Positions 8,731 to 15,981 of a stretch of 20,000 nucleotides of DNA are shown here, piece by piece. Both the position numbers and the translations under genes were made by a program. The stretch lies in sequence record SRR22947725_4314; one strand, given 5' to 3'. Position 1 is the first letter of the stretch. Each line of letters begins with the position of its first letter. The notes beneath the pieces are model-generated. The model saw nothing but the letters and a program-made list of their open reading frames with translations. It did no database searches and was not told the DNA's origin.

Positions 8731-8760
8731 GGTGCTACGAGCTGATCGTTTCCGCTTTCG

Positions 8761-8787
8761 GGAACACCTCGATGGCTTGCAGGGTTG
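8761..8787 (+). promoter_or_regulatory. SigH/SigR-type ECF sigma promoter
   Basis: GGAAC (8761-8765)-N18-GTT (8784-8786) matches the actinobacterial GGAAY-N18-GTT consensus and lies 9 nt before ATG 8796. Confidence 0.65.
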
Positions 8788-8795
8788 ATCAGTCC

Positions 8796-9074
8796 ATGAA
8801 AGCTGTGCTGAATGGAACTGTTCTTGCCGAGTCGGACAACACGGTGGTCGTCGAAGGCAACCACTATTTTCCCGCCGACTCGGTGAAGTCCGAATACCTC
8901 ACCTCAACCGATCACTCGACGCACTGCCCCTGGAAGGGCGATGCGAGCTACTTCGACATCACCGTCGATGGCGCGACGCAGTCGAACGCGGCATGGTGCT
9001 ACCCGGCGCCGAAGGAGAAAGCGGCCGAGATCAAAGATCACGTCGCCTTCTACAGCGTCGTCTCCGTCGCGTAG
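8796..9074 (+). CDS. DUF427 domain protein
   Basis: 92 aa from ATG 8796: MKAVLNGTVLAESDNTVVVEGNHYFP...THCPWKGDASYF...NAAWCYPAPKEKAAEIKDHVAFY; CPWKG.A.Y is the family signature. Confidence 0.92.
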   Translation: MKAVLNGTVLAESDNTVVVEGNHYFPADSVKSEYLTSTDHSTHCPWKGDASYFDITVDGATQSNAAWCYPAPKEKAAEIKDHVAFYSVVSVA

Positions 9075-9095
9075 CCCGCGACCGGTGGGCCCGAC

Positions 9096-10268
9096 TCAGG
9101 TGGTGTAGTCGGCGTTGAAGCGGACGTAGGTATCGCTGAGGTCGCAGCCCCAGACGGTGGCAGACCCTGCGCCGATGCCCAGACTCACATGAATCACCAC
9201 GTGGTCGCCCGACATGTAGCTCGACAGCTCAGCCAGCGCCGCGTCGTCAAGCTGGCGCGGATAGACCTCATCGGATCCAAACCTGATGACGACAGCGTCT
9301 TGATCGATGCGCCGATCCTCGGGCTGCTCGCTGCACTTGCCGACGGCCATGGCCACCCGTCCCCAGTTGGGGTCGCCGCCGTGCACAGCGGTCTTCACCA
9401 ACGGTGAATTGACGACAGCCTTGGCAACCCGCTTCGCCTGGGCGGTATCGACGGCGCCGTCGACAACGACTTCGATCAGTGAGTTTGCTCCCTCGCCATC
9501 ACGGGCAATCTGCTTGGTCAGGTCAACGGCGACATCGAACAGCGCCGTTTCGAAGGCGGCGAGGTCGACGGTTCCCGCTGCGCCCGACGCCATCACGATC
9601 GATGAATCGCTCGTCGACGTGTCGGTGTCGATGCTCACGCAATTGAACGTGCGATCGACGACTCGCCTGAAGATCGCATCGAGATCAGCGGAGTTGATTG
9701 CGGCGTCGGTGAAGAGCATCGAGATGTGTGTTGCCATGTCGGGTTCGATCATGCCGACGCCCTTTGCCATCCCGATGATGCGTGCCTCGCCACTCGTCGA
9801 TGGAATGGAGGCCGTTGCCAGCTTGGCGACCGTGTCCGTGGTCATCATGGCGCGCGCTGGGCCGTCGGCATCGGTACCGGGCAGCGGCTGCGGGATCGAG
9901 ACGAGGCCTGCGGTGACTCGATCGATCGGATAGCGACGGCCGATCACGCCGGTCGACGTCAAGATGACGTCGTTGGGATCGCACCCGACCCGCTCAGCGA
10001 CGATGTCAGTGACGGTGCCGGCATCGTCGATCCCCGGTTGGCCTGTTGCCACGTTGGCATTCTTCGAGATCACCACGACGGCTTGGGCCATGCCGTTGGC
10101 GACGTGGCGGCGGCTGATTGTGACGCTGGGTCCGGCGAATCGGCTTTGCGTGAAGACTGCGGCGGTCGGCACGACAGCATCACAGGCAATCACGACGAAG
10201 TCGTCGGTCTCATCCTTGATACCCAGGTTCGTGACGTACGAACGGAACCCCGCAGGAAGATCGGTCAT
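9096..10268 (-). CDS. argJ: Ornithine acetyltransferase / glutamate N-acetyltransferase (ArgJ family, Oat2-like)
   Basis: 390 aa. NANVATG, STGVIG, MTTDT, AKGVGMIEPDMA|T (autocleavage Thr nucleophile), DTDTSTSD, RDGEG, NSPLVKTA..GDPNWGR and C-terminal YTT. Confidence 0.93.
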   Translation of the reverse strand: MTDLPAGFRSYVTNLGIKDETDDFVVIACDAVVPTAAVFTQSRFAGPSVTISRRHVANGMAQAVVVISKNANVATGQPGIDDAGTVTDIVAERVGCDPNDVILTSTGVIGRRYPIDRVTAGLVSIPQPLPGTDADGPARAMMTTDTVAKLATASIPSTSGEARIIGMAKGVGMIEPDMATHISMLFTDAAINSADLDAIFRRVVDRTFNCVSIDTDTSTSDSSIVMASGAAGTVDLAAFETALFDVAVDLTKQIARDGEGANSLIEVVVDGAVDTAQAKRVAKAVVNSPLVKTAVHGGDPNWGRVAMAVGKCSEQPEDRRIDQDAVVIRFGSDEVYPRQLDDAALAELSSYMSGDHVVIHVSLGIGAGSATVWGCDLSDTYVRFNADYTT

Positions 10269-10319
10269 GGCGCCGAGGCTACGAGTTGGAGTGCGATGGT
10301 CAGCGGATGATTTGCCGCG

Positions 10320-10811
10320 TCAGTCAGCGCCGTCGACGGCTTCTGCTTCGCTGGCCGCCAGACCGTTGGCAATCGACGTGAAGATCGACGCCATGGCCGC
10401 AACTTGATCTGCGTCGAGGTGATCGAACACCCGTCGACGAACACTGTCCACATGGTGGGGAGCAGTCCGCTCGAGCAATTCGCGCCCGGTGGCAGTCAGT
10501 GACCCCATCATCACGCGACGGTCAGCGGGCGAGCTCTGGCGCGAGACGTATCCGTCAGCGACCAGCCGATCAAGGCGGCGAGTGAGACCGCTCGGCGAGA
10601 GTTGGAGAATGTCCGCAAGATCACACATCCGCATTGACTGATCTTCGGCCTCGGAGAGGTACACGAGGACCTGGTAGTCCCCGAGAGTGAGGCCACGGCT
10701 GGCGAGGTCTCGCTCGATCGCATTGATCAGATCACCCTGTACCTCGATGTAGGCCCGCCAAGCATCCATCTCACGTGAGGTCAACCAGTTACCCACAGAC
10801 GTTGTGCTCAC
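10320..10811 (-). CDS. MarR family transcriptional regulator
   Basis: WL...E..AWRAY, GLTLGDYQVLVYLSE, MRMCDLA..LQLSPSGLTRRLDRL..DGYV.R, DRR and LT..G. Start placed at GTG 10811, preceded by TATCCT-N6. Confidence 0.92.
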   Translation of the reverse strand: MSTTSVGNWLTSREMDAWRAYIEVQGDLINAIERDLASRGLTLGDYQVLVYLSEAEDQSMRMCDLADILQLSPSGLTRRLDRLVADGYVSRQSSPADRRVMMGSLTATGRELLERTAPHHVDSVRRRVFDHLDADQVAAMASIFTSIANGLAASEAEAVDGAD

Positions 10812-10873
10812 GCTTCCAGGATATCGGAAGGCCGTCACGGGACACGACGGCGTGGCCCCAGTGACGTCGATGC

Positions 10874-12094
10874 TCAGGCAATCCGTTCCGCAACGGCTTG
10901 GGCGCACCGCCGACCGGAATACAGTGCCCCTTGCGTCGATGCGGTGTCGCGATGGTCACCGCACACGAAGCGGCCGTCGGTCATCGCAACCGCTTGCTTG
11001 GGTGAGAACGGAGGCTGTTGCCCAGGCTGGCCATGGGCGATCCGGTACGTGTCGATGTGGTCCCAAGTGTCGACCTGTGCGCCCCACCAAGATCGGAGCT
11101 GCCGGCGAGCCACCGTCGCCAGGTCGCCATCAGCATGGCCGGGCATGGCTGCAGCGATGAGGTGGCGTCCCGCTGGAGCGTAGCTTGGCGCAACGTTGCT
11201 GATCACGGCCACGTTGAGGACTGGGCCGGTACCCGTGCCATCGAGAATGACGAGCTTGGTGTCGGTCGGCGCCGCGTCAGCGGCGAAGTAGACACATCCG
11301 ACTGCCTTCGATGCGACGGTGGGCAGACCGAGCAGTGCTGATGCGGCGGGACCCTCGGTCGCGACCACAACGGCGTCATGCTCGACGTGGACCCCACCGT
11401 TGATGGTGACCGAGTTGGCAGTGGCAGAGGCCACCGGCGTTTCGAGCCGAATGGTTTCGGCAGGCAGGCGAGCAGCAAGCTGGTCCGGGATTGCCTGCAT
11501 GCCAGCGGCGGGGACAACCGAGTCGCCGTCAGCAAGCATCCGGAAGATGATGTCGAACATGCGCCGACTGTCGCCAAGATCAGGGTCGAGCTGAATGCCG
11601 CCGACCAGTGGCGTGAAGAATCGCTCGATGATGCGGTCAGAAAAGCCGAACTTGGACAACGCGTCGTGTGTGGTGATGTCGTCGTTCTGCAGCAGCTTCG
11701 ACGGGTGCACGCTTCGAACGCGGTGACGCAACTGAGCAATGCGCGCCTTGTCGAGCAGCGATCCAATGGGCGCGGTCGCGGTCGCGAAGGTCGCGCGGGG
11801 CATCCGGAACGGATCAGCAACAACTGACCCTTTGCCATTCCGCCAAACCAGGGCGCCGGGATCGAAAGCCTGGAGGTCGAGAGCCTCTATGTCGAGCTGT
11901 CGATGCATCTCGGGATACGCGGTCAACGCCACTTGGAATCCGCGATCCAAAGTGAAGCCATCGACGATGTCACTGCGAACTCTGCCCCCGACGCCGTCAC
12001 TCGCCTCGTAGACGGTCACGTCCACTCCGGCGGCATGCAATTCGTTGGCACAGGCGAGGCCGGCCAGTCCGGCGCCGATGATGGCGACAGTCAC
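10874..12094 (-). CDS. FAD-dependent oxidoreductase (flavin amine oxidase / protoporphyrinogen oxidase-like superfamily)
   Basis: IIGAGLAGL..A..L, EASDGVGGRVRSD..DGFTLDRGFQV and C-terminal CGDHRDTASTQGALYSG. 4-nt GTGA overlap with the upstream gene. Confidence 0.9.
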   Translation of the reverse strand: MTVAIIGAGLAGLACANELHAAGVDVTVYEASDGVGGRVRSDIVDGFTLDRGFQVALTAYPEMHRQLDIEALDLQAFDPGALVWRNGKGSVVADPFRMPRATFATATAPIGSLLDKARIAQLRHRVRSVHPSKLLQNDDITTHDALSKFGFSDRIIERFFTPLVGGIQLDPDLGDSRRMFDIIFRMLADGDSVVPAAGMQAIPDQLAARLPAETIRLETPVASATANSVTINGGVHVEHDAVVVATEGPAASALLGLPTVASKAVGCVYFAADAAPTDTKLVILDGTGTGPVLNVAVISNVAPSYAPAGRHLIAAAMPGHADGDLATVARRQLRSWWGAQVDTWDHIDTYRIAHGQPGQQPPFSPKQAVAMTDGRFVCGDHRDTASTQGALYSGRRCAQAVAERIA

Positions 12095-13008
12095 CGGCCC
12101 AGGACCGCGCGCAGAGCTGTCTCGAGGTCAGGGTGCTCAAATGTGAAGCCGGCGTCATCCTGTAAGACCTGTGGGAACACCTTCTGGCCAGTGAAAAGCA
12201 GGTTCTGGGCTAGTTCGCTTCCGAGCAGCAACTTCGGCCCGAATTTCGGCGTCGGCAGGAACGTCGGACGCTTGAGCACGCTGCCCAGCGTGTTGGCAAA
12301 GTCTGCCTGCGTCGTCGGCTGTGGTGCGGTCAGGTTGACGGGGCCAGCGATGTCGCCGGTGAGGAGATGGGTGATTGCCCGCACCTCGTCGTCGATGGAG
12401 ATCCAACTCCACCATTGCTCACCCGAGCCGATCGTGCCGCCTGCACCGAGCTTGAATAGCGGCAACTGCTTCTTGAGAGCGCCGCCCTTGGCCGAGAGCA
12501 CGATGCCAGTTCGGAGGAACACCACGCGGACTCCGGCCGCGGTTGCGGGCTCGGTGCACTGTTCCCACTCGACGGTGAGGTCGGCGAGGAAGCCTGTACC
12601 CGGCGTCGAAGTCTCGTCAAGGTCTTCGTCGCCTCGCGCGCCATAGACGCCGACCGCTGAGCCCGACAGCAGCACCTTCGGGCCGTTGCTGCATGCAGCG
12701 ATGGCATTGGCGAGCAACGCTGTTCCTTTGGTTCGACTTTCGACGAGGACTCGCTTGTAGTCGTCCGACCAGCGTTTGTCGCCGATTCCAGCGCCCGCAA
12801 GGTGCACCACAGCATCGATCCCCTCCAACTGGGCGGCGAGATCTGCGACGGCAGCTTCTTGGTCAGCTGTGCCGTTCGGTGACCAACTGATCTCGTTGTC
12901 GCCGGCCACGCGGCGGACGACTCGGACAGGGGTGTGGCCGACGGATTCGAGATGGGTCATCAGAGCAGTTCCGACAAGGCCTGAGGATCCGGTAATTGCA
13001 ACGCGCAT
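12091..13008 (-). CDS. TIGR01777 family (YfcH-like) NAD-dependent epimerase/oxidoreductase
   Basis: ITGSSGLVG, VVHLAGAGIGDKRWS, SGSAVGVYG, GFLA.L..EWE, LRTGIVL, GSGEQWWSWI and GPVNLTAP. Confidence 0.93.
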   Translation of the reverse strand: MRVAITGSSGLVGTALMTHLESVGHTPVRVVRRVAGDNEISWSPNGTADQEAAVADLAAQLEGIDAVVHLAGAGIGDKRWSDDYKRVLVESRTKGTALLANAIAACSNGPKVLLSGSAVGVYGARGDEDLDETSTPGTGFLADLTVEWEQCTEPATAAGVRVVFLRTGIVLSAKGGALKKQLPLFKLGAGGTIGSGEQWWSWISIDDEVRAITHLLTGDIAGPVNLTAPQPTTQADFANTLGSVLKRPTFLPTPKFGPKLLLGSELAQNLLFTGQKVFPQVLQDDAGFTFEHPDLETALRAVLGR

Positions 13009-13125
13009 ACCAAGGACAGTACGACCCGTTCGCGCCGGAGACCACTTGTGAGTCCGAATCGCGTGTGTTCTCGGGTCAGAGCCCGATCAGCAAGATGCGG
13101 ACTGTCGCGACGAAGTCGAGACGGC

Positions 13126-13755
13126 TCAGGCTTCAGAGATGATTTGATCGAGCAACGCGCCGTTGACGGCGCCGGCAACCGATTCGATCGAGCCGTCGGT
13201 CTTCACGATCGCCATGGCGGGCTGGAACGCCACGTCGAATCGGTTGTAGATAACGCCAGGGTCATCGTTGATCTGCGGAAAAGTCAGACCGTGCTTGTCG
13301 ATGAACCCCTGGAATGACTCATCGTCGCCGGTCCATGCGATTCCGATGAAGTTGACGGAGTCACCGAACTTTGCTGCTGCCTCCTCGACCGAGGGGGCTT
13401 CACGATTGCAGGTGCTTCAAGTGGGAGCCCAGAACCAGAACACTGTCGGTTTGCCGGCCAGGGTGGTGGCATCGAGTTCGCCACCGCCAACGAGTGGAGC
13501 GCTGAACTGCAGCGCGGCGGGGGCGGCGGACGCATCGCTGTCAGATATCGCATCGTCGCCGGCTGCTGCATCACCAGTTACCTCAGCGGCAGGAACCTCT
13601 GCAGCGGGCACCTCGGTTGCTGGCTCGACCGCGACCTCCCTCGCCGGTGGCGCTGTCTCGTTCTCCGTCGCCGAGTCGGTGGCTGACCCACCGCTACACG
13701 CCGTCAACAGCAGGCTGCCCGCAGCGATGGCGCCAAGCACCCGTGTCGACTTCAT
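13126..13755 (-). CDS. TlpA/DsbE-type thioredoxin-fold lipoprotein with UxxC motif; predicted selenoprotein (TGA 13419-13417 = Sec), 209 aa
   Basis: Lipobox LLLTAC, acidic Ala/Pro linker, then LAGKPTVFWFWAPT-TGA-STCNREAPSVEEAAAKFGDSVNFIGIAWTGDDESFQGFIDKHGLTFPQINDDPGVIYNRFDVAFQPAMAIVKTDGSIESVAGAVNGALLDQIISEA-stop (13128-13126). The frame stays open for 96 codons past the TGA and completes the redoxin fold. Confidence 0.88.
13379..13398 (-). promoter_or_regulatory. Candidate bacterial SECIS hairpin
   Basis: mRNA GCCCCCUC-GGUC-GAGGAGGC: 7 pairs plus one C.A mismatch, G-led 4-nt apical loop starting 26 nt after the UGA. Confidence 0.7.
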
Positions 13756-13947
13756 GCCGGCACGCTAACGCTGGCGCCAGTGGGTGACGGCCCGTGCCTC
13801 CTAGGTTTCGCGGACGTTTCGCGGTCATCACGATCACCGTCACCATCGCCATGACCGTCACCATGGCGACCAGTATCCCGATCAGCGTGCTCCAGCGAGC
13901 GGGATGCGCGCTCGCACCCGCAGATCCGGCCCGTAGCCTTTCTGACG

Positions 13948-14373
13948 ATGAAGACGCGGACCCTGTTGCTGCTTTCGGTCGGGACAGCACTGATGATCTT
14001 GCTCGCCGGTGGTGCGCTGCTGTTCCAGTTGTCCAACCAGGAGTCGACGGGCGCCTCGCTCGCGTTCGGGCAGGCAACGACTGTTGGCGACGTCGAGGTG
14101 ACCGTCAATGGATCAGACGTCGTCGCCGACACGCTCGTCGTTTCGGTGGCAATCTCCGGAGTGGACGACATCGACGGTATCGAGAGCTTCCGTCTCGTCA
14201 CGGGCGATCGACGGCTGGACCCCATTGCTGCACCAGCAGCAGGTCGTTGTGCCGAGATCACAGTTGCCGTGCAAGAGTGCGCCATCGAGTTCGACATCAG
14301 CGCCAGTCAAGGCACGAGCCGAGTCCTGGTCTTGCGTCGTGGTGAAGATCAAGCGACATGGCGGCTCAGCTGA
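13948..14373 (+). CDS. Hypothetical membrane-anchored/secreted protein, 141 aa
   Basis: N-terminal MKTR plus hydrophobic helix, beta-rich ectodomain with two Cys, TAGCCT-N8-ATG upstream, and no overlap with better-supported genes. Confidence 0.75.
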   Translation: MKTRTLLLLSVGTALMILLAGGALLFQLSNQESTGASLAFGQATTVGDVEVTVNGSDVVADTLVVSVAISGVDDIDGIESFRLVTGDRRLDPIAAPAAGRCAEITVAVQECAIEFDISASQGTSRVLVLRRGEDQATWRLS

Positions 14374-14520
14374 CCGGTTTGGCGACGACTGCAGAACCCA
14401 CCGCACAGCCCCTCGCACAACGCCTGTCGATCGCCATTCCCGCGTGCCTGGTGGCCGGACCACTGGTTACCGGCGGGTACCGCGGGACGGGTGGCCAGGA
14501 TGGCGCTACCGTGCTGGACG

Positions 14521-15924
14521 ATGAGTGATCAGTTTGACGTCATAGTGATCGGTGGGGGCCCAGGTGGGTACTCCGCAGCCCTGTACGGAGCATCCGCCGG
14601 GCTCAACGTGGCCCTGGTTGAAATGGATGCACTGGGTGGCACCTGCCTCAACCGTGGCTGCATTCCGGCCAAGGCGTTCCTTGAGACCGCCGCGGTGAAA
14701 CGACACGTCGACCATGCGGCAGAATTCGGTATCAATCCCGGCGGCCCGGCGACGGTCGACTTCGCACGGACCCAGGAGCGCAAACAGGGCATCGTCGATG
14801 GTCTCGTTGGCGGCATCGCTGCGATGTGCAAGGGACGCAACGTTGAAGTGTTCAACGGAACCGGCTCGCTCGGTCCAGGTCGCACCGTCGGCGTTGCGAT
14901 GAACGACGGTTCAAAGGCGATCATCACGGGAACCAACGTGATCCTCGCCACCGGCTCAGTACCACGCACCATTCCCGGCTTCGACCGAGGTGGCCCCATC
15001 ATGACGAGCGACGAGGTGCTTGACCTCGACTACGTCCCGTCGCGTGTCGCGGTCATCGGTGGCGGAGCCATCGGCTGCGAGTTCGCTTCCACGTTCGCCG
15101 ATCTCGGTGCCGAAGTCACCATTCTCGAGGGAGCTCCGAAAATCCTGCCAGGCCTCGACAAGGACGTCGCGAAGGTCGTCGAGCGCTCGTTCAAGAAGAA
15201 AAAGATCGCTCTGAAGACCGGGATCATGGTCAATGGACACGAGCCGAACGACTCCGGTGGCACGAAAGTCAACTTCGGTGACGGCGAGAGCGTCGAGGTC
15301 GATGCTGTGGTCGTATCCGTGGGCCGCCGACCGCTGGCCGATCATCTCGGTCTCGAGGGCACCGCCGTTGTCGTTGACGAGCGTGGCTTTGTGCAGATCA
15401 ACGAGTTCTGTGAGACCGGCGAGCCTGGCGTCTACGCCGTCGGCGACTTGATCAACACCCCGCAACTTGCGCACGTCGGCTACGCCGAGGCGATTCTCAC
15501 CATCAAGCACCTGCTCGGCGAGTCACCGATGCCAGTGATGTACGACAAGGTGCCTTGGGCCATTTACTGCCACCCCGAAGTTGCCTGGGCCGGGCCGGGC
15601 GAACAGCAGGCGAAGGACGCCGGCCACGACGTCGTCGTCGGCAAGCACCCGTTCAAGTTCAACAGCCGCGCTCAGATCGTTGGCGAGACCGAAGGCCTCG
15701 TCAAGGTCATCGCCAAGAAGAATGCTGATGGCACCGCTGGCCAGATTCTCGGCGTTCATATGGTCGGCCCCTGGGTCACCGAGCAACTGTCCGGTGGCTA
15801 CCTGGCCGTCAACTGGGAAGCCACCGTCGACGACGTCGCGGAATTCCTGCAGCCTCATCCGAGTTTGAGTGAGTTGTTCGGCGAAACCGTGCTCTCTCTC
15901 ACCGGCCGCAATTTCAACGGCTGA
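14521..15924 (+). CDS. lpdA: Dihydrolipoamide dehydrogenase (E3)
   Basis: IGGGPGGY, GGTCLNRGCIP redox disulfide, IGGGAIGCEFA, GD..NTPQLAH and C-terminal HPSLSE. Start placed at ATG 14521 (MSDQFD), preceded by TACCGT-N8. Confidence 0.96.
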   Translation: MSDQFDVIVIGGGPGGYSAALYGASAGLNVALVEMDALGGTCLNRGCIPAKAFLETAAVKRHVDHAAEFGINPGGPATVDFARTQERKQGIVDGLVGGIAAMCKGRNVEVFNGTGSLGPGRTVGVAMNDGSKAIITGTNVILATGSVPRTIPGFDRGGPIMTSDEVLDLDYVPSRVAVIGGGAIGCEFASTFADLGAEVTILEGAPKILPGLDKDVAKVVERSFKKKKIALKTGIMVNGHEPNDSGGTKVNFGDGESVEVDAVVVSVGRRPLADHLGLEGTAVVVDERGFVQINEFCETGEPGVYAVGDLINTPQLAHVGYAEAILTIKHLLGESPMPVMYDKVPWAIYCHPEVAWAGPGEQQAKDAGHDVVVGKHPFKFNSRAQIVGETEGLVKVIAKKNADGTAGQILGVHMVGPWVTEQLSGGYLAVNWEATVDDVAEFLQPHPSLSELFGETVLSLTGRNFNG

Positions 15925-15981
15925 TCACGCCGGCCTAACTCTTCAGCACGACACCAGTTACGACTTCAGTAAGGACACCCC

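Noticed and set aside
13417-13419. TGA read as Trp (alternative genetic code) or as the true end of a 112-aa protein
   Set aside because: TGA terminates most genes in this window (aceE, rnhA, argJ, lpdA, dlaT, lipA), the codon aligns with the catalytic Cys rather than a Trp, and stopping here would cut the fold at the active site.
13752-14345. ORFs 13752..14297(-), 13694..14077(-) and 13794..14345(+)
   Set aside because: They overlap the better-supported 13948..14373 gene or the selenoprotein, have low-complexity or Arg-rich composition, and show no family motifs.
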